Virus record (IMG/VR): IMGVR_UViG_3300017593_000095
Origin: an uncultured virus (IMG/VR IMGVR_UViG_3300017593_000095)
Lineage: Duplodnaviria; Heunggongvirae; Uroviricota; Caudoviricetes
Direction: 5' to 3' (one strand)
DNA: 64,000 nucleotides
In this document: one piece after another, positions 44,397 through 53,834 of the stretch
How the letters are laid out: each line of letters begins with the position of its first letter
How positions within the stretch are numbered: position 1 is the stretch's first letter
The notes under the pieces: generated by a model
The model's input: the letters and a program-made list of their open reading frames with translations, nothing else
Told to the model about the DNA's origin: nothing
The model's database searches: none
Made by a program: the position numbers and the translations under genes

Positions 44397-45813
44397 GTTC
44401 CACATTTCGTTAAAGAAGCTTCGTACTATTTGCCAAAATAGTTTCCTTCACTACTTGATCTTCGTTTTTGGGTTTCCAGTGTCGGCAATGCATCGAGAGT
44501 GGATTGACGCTCTTATGAAGTGTTCTCGAGTTGTGATTGCTGCTCCTCGGGCCCACTCTAAAACTACCATAGTTTCTATTGCGTATTCGACGTGGTTGAT
44601 TGGGCGTAACCCCAATATAAGGATTAAGATCATAACTAACTCTATTGACAAGGGTAGAGAGATTTTAGCCGCAGTTTCGAGTACTCTTCTTTTTAATAAA
44701 AGGTACCAGTTTGTTTTTCCTGAGATTAGACCCGCAAAGACACGTTATTGGACGAAGGATAGATTGTATGTGGAGCGTTCTTTGGTTCTTCGTGATCCTA
44801 CGATCGAAGCAAGAAGTGTTCTATCTACAGGGGCCGGAGGTAGGTCAGATGTGATAATTGGAGATGACATGGTTGATAATTTGAACTGCGTTACTGAAGG
44901 TTTGCGGAGAAAAGTAAAGGAAGCTTTCTATGATACTTGGATGAATACTCTCGAACCACAAGGGAACCAAGCGGTAGTTGTTGGTACTATTTGGCATGAA
45001 GACGATCTGCTCTCTGAATTGCTCAGGAATAAAGACTGGGAGTTTCGTAAAGTTTGGGCGATAAATGATAACTTTGACCCTCTATGGCCCCAAGTGTGGT
45101 CGCGAGAGAAGCTTTATAAGAAGTGGAAGGAAAACCCTTTGGCTTTCGATAAAGGCTTTCGCCATCGTCCAACACGTGTAGATACTGCTCTTTTCCCGCC
45201 ATCTTCATTTAAACAACGGTCTGATTGGCCTCTTTCTCCAGGGTCTAATCCTCCTGAGTATAACGATGTGGATCCTTCTCTTATCAAGTGTTACTTTGGG
45301 GTGGATATTTCAGCTGGACATGGAGATGATTTTTCGGTGATTTTTGTGGTGCGGGTGAATGCTGAAACTCTAATTCGGTGGCCTGTTGAAATAGCTCGGT
45401 TGAAGCAACCAGCTCCTGATGTGACCCGCAAGCTCATTCGGATGTACAAGCAGTACCAACCCGAAGTGATTATGATTGAGTCAAACGCTACTCAGTCTAT
45501 GATGCAAGATTGGATTTCTGAAGTAAGTAAATTACCTCTAAAACCGTATTACACAGGCGTTCAAAAGCACTTGATTTCGGTAGGGATCCCTTCTCTTAGA
45601 GTGGAACTTGATAATAATATGTGGATGATCCCTTCTTGGGATCACCCTCTTGAGTGTAGTTGTTCTTGGTGCCAATGGAAAAGAGAGGTACTGTCGTATC
45701 CTTATAGTAAGAAAGACGACACTGTTTTTGCTTGGTGGTTTAGTCGTGAAGCAATTAGGCTTTTCCTAGAAGGAAAGCGAGTAGGCCGCGGATATGCTGT
45801 CGTAGAACTCTGA
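44368..45813 (+). CDS. terL: Terminase large subunit
   Basis: PRAHSKTT, GGRSDVIIGDD, GTIWHEDD, GVDI, IESNA, DDTVFA. Confidence 0.92.
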   Translation: MPSRDLSQSKFHISLKKLRTICQNSFLHYLIFVFGFPVSAMHREWIDALMKCSRVVIAAPRAHSKTTIVSIAYSTWLIGRNPNIRIKIITNSIDKGREILAAVSSTLLFNKRYQFVFPEIRPAKTRYWTKDRLYVERSLVLRDPTIEARSVLSTGAGGRSDVIIGDDMVDNLNCVTEGLRRKVKEAFYDTWMNTLEPQGNQAVVVGTIWHEDDLLSELLRNKDWEFRKVWAINDNFDPLWPQVWSREKLYKKWKENPLAFDKGFRHRPTRVDTALFPPSSFKQRSDWPLSPGSNPPEYNDVDPSLIKCYFGVDISAGHGDDFSVIFVVRVNAETLIRWPVEIARLKQPAPDVTRKLIRMYKQYQPEVIMIESNATQSMMQDWISEVSKLPLKPYYTGVQKHLISVGIPSLRVELDNNMWMIPSWDHPLECSCSWCQWKREVLSYPYSKKDDTVFAWWFSREAIRLFLEGKRVGRGYAVVEL

Positions 45814-45817
45814 CGTC

Positions 45818-45847
45818 TTGCACTTTTCTGTGTTATCCTAGTAAGCT
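45818..45847 (+). promoter_or_regulatory. Promoter-like sequence upstream of head genes
   Basis: TTGCAC-N18-TAAGCT, resembling 39078-39106. Confidence 0.4.
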
Positions 45848-45875
45848 TTTCTTAAGATGTTAGGGGGATTAAGGT

Positions 45876-46766
45876 GTGGGAGAGAATATCTCGGTAACTT
45901 CCTATACTTTTAAGAAGTACCTCAGCCCTTTTTTAGTTTGGTGTGAAGGTAAATTCGACTACATTCTTCACGTTCATTGGGCTAGCGTCCTCCACGGAGA
46001 CTTGCGAATGGGTTACTGTGGCGACCCCAATAACGTGATTGGAGTTACCTTGTTCATTTACAAGCAAGGTGCTGTCAAACGCCGCCCCAATGGACCGAAG
46101 GGTTGGACAGAGTTCTTGAAAGTTGTTCGAGACCCTAAGAACTTCAAACTAAACTTCAAAACAGGAGAAATTCAGGGCCAGCGCAGCTTAGCGGCAACTG
46201 TTAAGTTACCGGAAGCTAAGGCATGGATGAGAGTGAAAAAGTACATCTCTCCTCCAGGCACTATTGGCGCTCGAGTTTTGCGCAAATGGTGGTCCTATAT
46301 GACGATTGTTGATAAAGGTAAAGTGGAACATTTAACTCGGAAACTGGACGAGTTTGAGTTTTACTTTACTGAGGGTAAGGCTTTTAGAGGACGGTACATT
46401 CTTCGACCTTTTGGTAAGAACTTTACCTTCTTTACTGCCAGTGCCCGACCCGTACTTGTTGGGACGACCCAGAAGCTGGAAGAGGGTAAGGAAATTAGTG
46501 GTTTTCTTTGGATTAAAGCAAAGAACCAGACCCCGTATGTTCTTTCTACACGAGCTGTAAAGAAACGATTTATTTCCCCTGTGCATTTTAGTGGGCTGCC
46601 CCAGGCACTGAAGGAGAGAATTCCAAGAGCTTTTCAGTATTGGACTATAGAGTCAAAAGCGAAACGTTTAAAGGTGCGGGATAGTTTGGTGTTAGCTCTG
46701 AAGAGCCAGAGACAGTATCAGTACTTGGAAGAGGGGGCTTGGCATAAGGTCAGTTTGAAAGTGTGA
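45876..46766 (+). CDS. LigD 3'-phosphoesterase (PE)-like protein
   Basis: H-x5-H-x-D-x-R (HWASVLHGDLR), 'VDKGKVE', 'FEFYF.EGKAFRGRYIL'. Confidence 0.65.
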   Translation: MGENISVTSYTFKKYLSPFLVWCEGKFDYILHVHWASVLHGDLRMGYCGDPNNVIGVTLFIYKQGAVKRRPNGPKGWTEFLKVVRDPKNFKLNFKTGEIQGQRSLAATVKLPEAKAWMRVKKYISPPGTIGARVLRKWWSYMTIVDKGKVEHLTRKLDEFEFYFTEGKAFRGRYILRPFGKNFTFFTASARPVLVGTTQKLEEGKEISGFLWIKAKNQTPYVLSTRAVKKRFISPVHFSGLPQALKERIPRAFQYWTIESKAKRLKVRDSLVLALKSQRQYQYLEEGAWHKVSLKV

Positions 46767-46843
46767 CCGTGGACCCCTTGCCCAAATTTAGGTTCCCTGT
46801 GACTTTATTATGGAAAAAATTTGGAACAGGAAGGAGGTGCAAG

Positions 46844-47989
46844 ATGAGGTTTGAGAACGGCTTGTTTCAGTTAAATCCAGAATTCATTCGCGCTCCAGCT
46901 GAGGTTTCCGAGAAGATTGCTAATCCGGGGGAGTTGGTGATCGCAGGTTATGCTACAACTTATGATAAAGGTTTGGATAATGCTGTCATATCTAGGAAGG
47001 CATTGTCTAACGCTGCTGAGGACCTGAAGAAGAGAAGCACAGTGTTGTTCAATCATGATCAAAATCGCCCTATTGGCCGCATTCATGAGGTGAAGTTGGA
47101 TAATAAGGGGTTGTTTACAATTGCTGTAATTGATAAGACAGAGCAAGAGATTCAGGAGAAGATCAAATCAGGAACGTTGAACAAGTTCTCGATCCGCGGA
47201 CGGATTTTAGCTTCTCATGAAGAGTGGGATGAGAATACTGGAAGGTCCACGTCAGTTGTTGATAACTTGAAGTTGCTTGAGGTATCTGTTGTTTCCGTAC
47301 CTGCTGTTGATGAAGCAGAGATTCAATCGTGGTATGTACAAAGGAGTGCGAGCGATAATGACTTCGTCCCCTTACAAAGGGATGTTAATTCAGAACAAGG
47401 AGGTGACAAAATGAGTGATAAGGAAATGAAAGAGCTAGAGGAGCAGGAGCTTGAGGAGAAGGAAGAGGAAGCTCTTGAAGAAGAGGAAGGAACTGAGGAG
47501 TTGATTGAGGCAGTGGAATCCAGTCAGCTTGAACTGTTACTAGACCTTGATGAGCGTGTTTCTGCGTTGGTTGAGCGGGCGGACGAACTTCTTAAGGCCG
47601 CGAATTTAGATGCTGTTATGAAGAAGTTGGATGAGGCGATGGAGATGCTTAAGAAGATTTTGGACAAGTTGGAAAAATATCCTTACCCCTATCCTTATCC
47701 CTACCCTGCAAAAAAGTCTGCAGAGATTGAAGAGAGTGTAGAGGAGCTCGATCTTGAAGAGAATGCGGAGGAGCCGATGCAAGAAGTGCTCGAAAGTGTT
47801 CGGGCTCTTACTGATGAAGTTAAGGAGTTGAAGGAAACTGTAGTTGTTCGTGGCGAGAGGTCTGAAGAGGCTCCCGAGGATGCAATCCGGCAGTTTCTCG
47901 AGTCGGAAGAGTACAAAAACGCAGATCCTTCTGAGAAGATGAGGATGCTGTGGGATTTCACAGAAAAGTATAAAGGAGGTGAAAAGTAA
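46844..47989 (+). CDS. HK97-type prohead protease with an acidic scaffold C-terminus
   Basis: IAGYATT, VLFNHD..RPIG, FSIRG, LLEVSVVSVPA; Glu-rich coiled coil. Confidence 0.92.
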   Translation: MRFENGLFQLNPEFIRAPAEVSEKIANPGELVIAGYATTYDKGLDNAVISRKALSNAAEDLKKRSTVLFNHDQNRPIGRIHEVKLDNKGLFTIAVIDKTEQEIQEKIKSGTLNKFSIRGRILASHEEWDENTGRSTSVVDNLKLLEVSVVSVPAVDEAEIQSWYVQRSASDNDFVPLQRDVNSEQGGDKMSDKEMKELEEQELEEKEEEALEEEEGTEELIEAVESSQLELLLDLDERVSALVERADELLKAANLDAVMKKLDEAMEMLKKILDKLEKYPYPYPYPYPAKKSAEIEESVEELDLEENAEEPMQEVLESVRALTDEVKELKETVVVRGERSEEAPEDAIRQFLESEEYKNADPSEKMRMLWDFTEKYKGGEK

Positions 47990-48939
47990 TGTTGAATCCT
48001 ATATCTGAACTTCGAAGGGCATTAGCAGAGAATACTGGTGGCGGTTATGAAGGTATCGCTGATATCCTGCCGAAGGAAGTTGATAAGATCATCACCCAGA
48101 TGGTCGAGCACCTTAACCCGCTGAGACAGAATATACCTAGGAAACCCGGTTCTGGTGCAGGGGTTTACATCAATCGTAGAACCCCTGGTGCTGCTAAGGC
48201 TGCGTTCTATGCTGATACTGATTCTTTTGATGAAGAAACCGGTACTTATGAACAGGTCGAGTTCCTTTATAAGACTATCGGAACACAAGGGAAGGTTACT
48301 CGTAAGGCGCGCGCTATCGGTTCTAAGTACGTTGATATTCTAACAGCTGAGATGGAGGCGAAGGCAGAGGATTTCAAAGATAAAGAGGAGTATGCTATTT
48401 GTTGGGGAGACTCCAGCGCCAACGCTAAGGAGTTTGACGGACTGTACAAGCTGTGCGATTCCTCGAATATTATTCCTGCTGGGTCCGACAACACAGGTGG
48501 TGATTTAACTCTGGCACTGCTGGATCAGGCTTTGGACGCCATTCGTGGTATGCCCAGTTTGATCGTATGTTCAAAGAGGACCCGTAGAAGGATTAGGGCA
48601 TTGCTCCAGGCACAGCAAAGGTTCATTAACATGGTGAAGGTGAAAGGTGGATTTGAGGTTTTGAGTTATAACGAGGTTCCTATTTTGGTTAGCAACCAGA
48701 TTCCGGATACTCAGCAGGTGAGTGCTAGCGGTGCTACAATTACTTCTCTCACAGGAGGTAATTTGAGTACTCTGTTTGTAGTTGATACAAGCAAAGTATT
48801 CGTCTCTGAGTTGACCCCGCTAACCGTTCAACCGCTGGCTAAGGAAAGTAGTCAGTATGATAAGTTTGATATCTTCGCTGATGAGGTGTTGGTAGCCAGA
48901 GATCCTCAAGCAATTTCGTGCATTGTAGGTATCAGGTAA
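47989..48939 (+). CDS. Major capsid protein
   Basis: 316 aa directly after protease/scaffold; 'WGD...EFDGL', 'LTLALLD', 'PLAK'; strong RBS and a downstream terminator. Confidence 0.88.
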   Translation: MLNPISELRRALAENTGGGYEGIADILPKEVDKIITQMVEHLNPLRQNIPRKPGSGAGVYINRRTPGAAKAAFYADTDSFDEETGTYEQVEFLYKTIGTQGKVTRKARAIGSKYVDILTAEMEAKAEDFKDKEEYAICWGDSSANAKEFDGLYKLCDSSNIIPAGSDNTGGDLTLALLDQALDAIRGMPSLIVCSKRTRRRIRALLQAQQRFINMVKVKGGFEVLSYNEVPILVSNQIPDTQQVSASGATITSLTGGNLSTLFVVDTSKVFVSELTPLTVQPLAKESSQYDKFDIFADEVLVARDPQAISCIVGIR

Positions 48940-48962
48940 TTAGTTCAGTTAAGAAGTAGTAT

Positions 48963-49000
48963 AAAAACCCTCAACGTGTTGACGTTGGGGGTTTTTTGTT
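48963..49000 (+). terminator. Rho-independent terminator
   Basis: AAAAACCCTCAACGT / ACGTTGGGGGTTTTT stem with a U-tract. Confidence 0.85.
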
Positions 49001-49087
49001 GCTTCTTAACTAGTTGGTACTTGCTTTTCTGTGGGAAAGTCGGTAAAAACTTACTATAAGTACTTGTGGTGTAATGAGGAGGTTGTT

Positions 49088-49456
49088 GTGATAGAGTTAG
49101 AATATAAAGGGCCTTATGAGGGTGAATATTGGGAGATGCCCACGTATAGGGAGTTAGTTCGAGTTTATAAGGGGCGGTGTAAGGTGAAGTATGAAGACAC
49201 CGCACAAACTTTGGAGATGCACGGGTTTGTTCGAGTTACCAAAAGTGAACCGGTTAAGAAGGTCGAAGTGTCTGTAGATACTACTCCGGCTCCTCTCCCA
49301 GAGTCGAGTCGAGAGCGCAAAGTGATTGAAATGTATAGAGACGGAAATGCTTCGGTCTCGATGATTTCTAAAACTTTGCGAATGAGTAAGAAGAAAGTTG
49401 AGGCGATTCTCGAGACTTACAAAGCTTGCTTAAACGAAGGAGACAGGAATGTTTAA
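49088..49456 (+). CDS. Hypothetical protein with a C-terminal HTH
   Basis: GAGGAGG RBS before GTG; 'SVSMISKTLRMSKKKVEAIL'. Confidence 0.55.
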   Translation: MIELEYKGPYEGEYWEMPTYRELVRVYKGRCKVKYEDTAQTLEMHGFVRVTKSEPVKKVEVSVDTTPAPLPESSRERKVIEMYRDGNASVSMISKTLRMSKKKVEAILETYKACLNEGDRNV

Positions 49457-50264
49457 ACAAGTTTACACCGGGAGTGAGATAAGGCTGCAGTTTGATTTCG
49501 TTGTAGGAGGTCAAACTGTCCTTGTTTCACAACCTCAGGCAGATGTTTTCGATCCTTTTGGAAATAAAGTGGATGTAGTTGATCTTGTTTTTTCTGGCGG
49601 ACATTATTTGACTTATTGGACTACTCCTTCTGCTACGTTAGGGTCCTACGTTGCAATCGGCCGAGGAAAGTATGGTTATGAAGACCTTCTAGCCAATTCT
49701 CAAGTCAGGTTCGATGTCGTTTCGTCGTTGACTACTGAGCTTGTTACATTAGATGAAGTAAAAGAGTATTTGCACGTAGATGATTTTTCTGAAGATCCCT
49801 TTCTCAGAGCCCTCCTTTTGGCTGCCTCGTCCGCGATTTTGGCGTATACACAGTTGAAATTAGGTTCTGTTAGTGAAACAGAGCGCTGTTTCTTGTCGGG
49901 AGCTACTCAGTATGGACTGAGATACTTTCCCATTTCTGAAATCACTGAGATTAAGCTCGACAGTGTGGATTTGGTTGAGGATACTGATTATTTTGTAGAA
50001 CTGTCCACAGGTCTTATTAAGTTTTTCGTACCACAAACTGGTTTCTTTGAATGTACTTACACTTTTGGACTTTCCCAAATCCCTTCTCCGGTTAAACTCG
50101 CCTGTTTGAAGCTCGTTGCCGCTCTTTATAACCTGCGGGAATCTGAAGGTTTTTCCAGTCGCCGTTTATTGAGTAACGTTGAGAACTACTTGAGAGACGC
50201 GAAGATGGATGTAATGACTGAAGTTAGGAGTTTACTCGCTCCGTATAAACGTAAATTAGTTTAG
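49449..50264 (+). CDS. Head-tail connector (gp6-like) with an extra N-terminal beta domain
   Basis: LVTLDEVKEYL...LLLAAS..I..YT; PVKLACLKLVAALY; LLAPYK. Confidence 0.85.
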   Translation: MFKQVYTGSEIRLQFDFVVGGQTVLVSQPQADVFDPFGNKVDVVDLVFSGGHYLTYWTTPSATLGSYVAIGRGKYGYEDLLANSQVRFDVVSSLTTELVTLDEVKEYLHVDDFSEDPFLRALLLAASSAILAYTQLKLGSVSETERCFLSGATQYGLRYFPISEITEIKLDSVDLVEDTDYFVELSTGLIKFFVPQTGFFECTYTFGLSQIPSPVKLACLKLVAALYNLRESEGFSSRRLLSNVENYLRDAKMDVMTEVRSLLAPYKRKLV

Positions 50265-50283
50265 TTACAGGAAGGAGGTTGTT

Positions 50284-52176
50284 ATGATTACCGCTGTAAC
50301 GTTTACGTCGGAAGATGTAGTCGCGTTTTTGAACACTACACTACCTTTTCACATTGAGGGCATTCCTTTAGTTGTAGTTGGACAGGATCAACGAGATCTT
50401 ACCAAAGTCTTGAACTGTCGTACTTATGAAGGGGGAAAGACTTTTGGTAGGAAGTTACTTGCTGGATTAGAGAAGGTCGAAACGGAGTATTTTGTTTTTG
50501 TACACCCAAAGGCGGCTCTCTCTAATTTAGACTTCCTTGGTGAGGCTTTGAAAGTTCTTTCTTCCCCTGAAGTTGGTTTTGTAGTTCCTGGACTTCCTAA
50601 GGGTGTGGGACCACAGAGCTATAAGAGGAAAGACAGAGGAGCATTAGCTCGGATTGCCCCTTGGTGTTTCGCGTTCAGAACAGAGGAGGCTATTACTCTG
50701 TTTGAGAAAGCTCTGAAGGTGTTTCAAGACGAGCGAATTGTTCAGCTTGTATGTTATGAGCTGATGAAGCAAGGTCGTTTTAGCTATGTACTCCCAATGT
50801 ACACTTTGGATATGGAAGAGGATTTTAGTGATCTGAAACTTGACGCGAGGTTCAGAACTCAACCGTTGGAGCCAGTATTAATCTATCAATATCGCCGGTT
50901 GAAGGACATCCCCTCTACTGCGAAATCTTTGTTCAAGGATGTCATTGTTTGCACTCCTTTAGACGTTCCTGAAATTGATCAGGGAAAGTTGATTTTTGTT
51001 CTGAGAGAGGGTGAGGATTTTGCCGATATTTTTACCCTTGAGCAATTGCAAAGGATGTGTGACAATCCTGATCCGTTTGTTTTCGCGTACCAATTTCCTG
51101 TACTACGGACTTGGTCGGATAATCGATATTTGAAAGATCAAGTTACTTGGGAAATTAGGGCTTTTGCTTCCTTTGAAAAGATTGCCCCGCGTATTTTGAT
51201 TAATCCTTACTACGGGCAACAGCTTCCTTATGAAGGCCTACGCCCAGTTAATGTGCCCATTATCAAGAAGGTTAATGACTTACCCGACAATTGTTCTATT
51301 GCGAGACTTCGTACTCCTACCTTGACTATTGCAACGATTATGAAGGACGAAATGAAAAACCTCCCCACGTATTTGGGCACTGCTCTTCCTTTTGCTCAAC
51401 AGGTGATTTTGGTAGACACCGGTTCTCAAGATGAATCTCTGTCTTTTGCAAAGCGCTTTGGAGCTGAGGTGTTAGAGACTAAATTAGATAAAGACTTCTC
51501 TAAAGCGCGGAATTTGTACTTACAGAGGGCGAACGGCACTTGGCTCCTTCAACAGGACCTGGACGAAATTGTTGACTATAAGCAGATTTACGCAGTGATG
51601 TTGGAAACACCTGAGAATACAGACGCGGTCCAGCTTCAGGTGCACAATTTAACTCCGCAAGAGGGGACGGTCATCTATCAAGATGCCATTCGTTTGGTTA
51701 AGAACCCACGAACTTGGTACTACTCAAATCGGGTTCACGAGACGTTTGAACGCTGCGCTACTGAGGAGAACCGTGTTGTATCACGAGTTAATGATGTAGT
51801 GATTTACCACCTAGGATTTCTGTCCCCACGCATGAAAGAGAAACTCTCTTTTTATCGAGAGTTGATCAACATGCAGTTAGAGGAGGAACCGGAAAACCCC
51901 TTACCGTATTTTAATCTCGCGCTCGATCTGTTGAACGAGTATGAAGAGCATCCTGAAAATTTGGACGTAGCGCTCAAACTCCTCCTTCAAGCAACTTCTC
52001 TCCATCCGAGTTTTGCCCTTGCACAGTACGAAGTTTCGAGAGTATATTGTCAAAAAGCACTCGAGGCAATTGAGAGGACCCTCGAAGTTGTGCCACCTCA
52101 ACATCCTATGGTGAATGCTATTAAGAAGGTTTACGGACCTTTGAAAGAGTACACCAAAAGGTATATTGTGAGATGA
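50284..52176 (+). CDS. Multi-domain GT2 glycosyltransferase with a TPR C-terminus
   Basis: IMKDE, VDTGSQD, DFSKARN, QDLDE, RVHE, IYHLG, followed by TPR helices. Confidence 0.88.
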   Translation: MITAVTFTSEDVVAFLNTTLPFHIEGIPLVVVGQDQRDLTKVLNCRTYEGGKTFGRKLLAGLEKVETEYFVFVHPKAALSNLDFLGEALKVLSSPEVGFVVPGLPKGVGPQSYKRKDRGALARIAPWCFAFRTEEAITLFEKALKVFQDERIVQLVCYELMKQGRFSYVLPMYTLDMEEDFSDLKLDARFRTQPLEPVLIYQYRRLKDIPSTAKSLFKDVIVCTPLDVPEIDQGKLIFVLREGEDFADIFTLEQLQRMCDNPDPFVFAYQFPVLRTWSDNRYLKDQVTWEIRAFASFEKIAPRILINPYYGQQLPYEGLRPVNVPIIKKVNDLPDNCSIARLRTPTLTIATIMKDEMKNLPTYLGTALPFAQQVILVDTGSQDESLSFAKRFGAEVLETKLDKDFSKARNLYLQRANGTWLLQQDLDEIVDYKQIYAVMLETPENTDAVQLQVHNLTPQEGTVIYQDAIRLVKNPRTWYYSNRVHETFERCATEENRVVSRVNDVVIYHLGFLSPRMKEKLSFYRELINMQLEEEPENPLPYFNLALDLLNEYEEHPENLDVALKLLLQATSLHPSFALAQYEVSRVYCQKALEAIERTLEVVPPQHPMVNAIKKVYGPLKEYTKRYIVR

Positions 52177-52754
52177 CCAATCTCGTTGGCTTTCATTACA
52201 GACAGCGTGTTTACACGGTTCGTCGGTATACCACTTGTGTTACAGTGGAGTTATCTTGCAAAAGAGGAGTTCCTACTGCTTTGAACATTTCGCAAATACA
52301 TCCTGAAGCTACGTTGCGATTGACCTGGTTAGGAGATACACCGAGCGTGTTGTGCACGTTAGTCGGGGCCTCTGTAACTGAAACTCTTACTTTAACTAAG
52401 TTTAGCGCGTCTCTTACGTCAAATAAGTTTCCTGGGCTGGAGTACGTTACGTGTACTCAGGATGGTTCCCTTTCGATTTATACCACCGAAGAAGTTGGTC
52501 TTGACATAGGACAAGTCACCGGCGCGGTTTATACTACTAGAAGGGCTATAGGAACGGATGAGTTTGGTCGTGTTACGTTAGTCTCTTCGAGTGTAATGGT
52601 GTGTTTACCCGGAGTTGAAATTCGCTCTGACGATGTACTGATTGACCAAGAAACGAACGAGACTTTTTCTGTAGTAGAGGCACAGCAAGCTTTTGATCGA
52701 AGAGGTAGATTGCATCATTGGGAACTTGATGTTGTACGGATAAGAGAACGATGA
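52173..52754 (+). CDS. Probable head-closure/adaptor protein
   Basis: Position; C-terminal 'EIRSDDVL...HHWEL'. Confidence 0.55.
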   Translation: MTNLVGFHYRQRVYTVRRYTTCVTVELSCKRGVPTALNISQIHPEATLRLTWLGDTPSVLCTLVGASVTETLTLTKFSASLTSNKFPGLEYVTCTQDGSLSIYTTEEVGLDIGQVTGAVYTTRRAIGTDEFGRVTLVSSSVMVCLPGVEIRSDDVLIDQETNETFSVVEAQQAFDRRGRLHHWELDVVRIRER

Positions 52755-53128
52755 GACTGTTAATTCGATTACCTTCTGTTTCGAAGATTTACGATGACCT
52801 TGAGAGAAGGAAGCAAAAGTCCATCGATGTGATATTTGAGGAGGTTATTCGACTCGTTAGTGGTGAACCTCTTTCTAACGAGGAGTTACGCAGACGAGGA
52901 CATCCTTACTCAAGGCGACGTCCTACTAACTTGTCCCCTTTGGTTCATATTCGTACTGGACGTTTAAAGGCTTCGATTCGTAAGAATCGCGACGGAATTG
53001 CTTTTGACACTGGTAAAGCACCCCATCTAAAATATGTGACTAAAGGTACAAGGCGGATGATCCCTCGAGACTTTATTGCGGCTGCTCTCCAAAGGGCTTC
53101 AGATCGATTGAGGGAGATTTGGGAGTAG
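52751..53128 (+). CDS. Neck/tail-completion protein (HK97 gp10-like)
   Basis: RTGRLKASI, YVTKGTRRMIPRDF. Confidence 0.8.
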   Translation: MRLLIRLPSVSKIYDDLERRKQKSIDVIFEEVIRLVSGEPLSNEELRRRGHPYSRRRPTNLSPLVHIRTGRLKASIRKNRDGIAFDTGKAPHLKYVTKGTRRMIPRDFIAAALQRASDRLREIWE

Positions 53129-53134
53129 GATAGT

Positions 53135-53563
53135 ATGATTTATTTGCACGAAGTTCAGTCGGATTTGAGTAGTAAGATTGAGTCCGTTTTGACGGATTTG
53201 GATCAAACGTATAATTTGGGGTTGATTAGAGCTCCGGTGATAGTTTCCTCCTTACCAGAGGATCGCGTTACTCCTTCTACTTACTTGAAAATGGAAGAGG
53301 TTTCAAGTCAAGAGAAGGTTTTCTTTCGGTGTACTGGAACGTTACTCGTTGAGTTATCTTTTGAGATAGGTGAAGATGTGGCTTCGAGCCTGATCCGGAA
53401 GTTAGGTAATAAGTTGCAAGATCAATTGGAGCGAAGAAATAATACTACCCATACCTACTATTCAGGTAGTGTTAAAAGAGTCACGTGGTCTCTTCCTAAG
53501 GAAGAGATGGTTAGAACAATTAAAGTTGAGTTCGAGGTACAAGGCATTGAGCAACCAATCTAG
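53135..53563 (+). CDS. Probable tail terminator
   Basis: Size and position before the major tail gene. Confidence 0.5.
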   Translation: MIYLHEVQSDLSSKIESVLTDLDQTYNLGLIRAPVIVSSLPEDRVTPSTYLKMEEVSSQEKVFFRCTGTLLVELSFEIGEDVASSLIRKLGNKLQDQLERRNNTTHTYYSGSVKRVTWSLPKEEMVRTIKVEFEVQGIEQPI

Positions 53564-53783
53564 TGCTTGGAAGTGCTCAAGTTGTGGGGCCGTCCTAGGT
53601 TACCTGGATGGTACAGACATCTTGCGTATCAAGTATAAGGACTTATACTTTTACGTAAATGTTATAAGAGGAGCTTCGTTGATAAAGTGTTTGTGTCGTA
53701 AGTGTGGTAAAGTTAATGAAGTTATGGCGAAAGCGATGAAGATGAGTGAACCTGCTGTGATCGAACTGGAGAAGTACTTGTAG
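53547..53783 (+). CDS. Com-like Zn-ribbon protein
   Basis: WKCSSCGAVLG...LCRKCGKVNEV. Confidence 0.6.
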   Translation: MSNQSSAWKCSSCGAVLGYLDGTDILRIKYKDLYFYVNVIRGASLIKCLCRKCGKVNEVMAKAMKMSEPAVIELEKYL

Positions 53784-53834
53784 TGAGTTAGGTTGTTGAG
53801 GTACACACTTAATTTGAGGAGGTGAGAATTGTAA

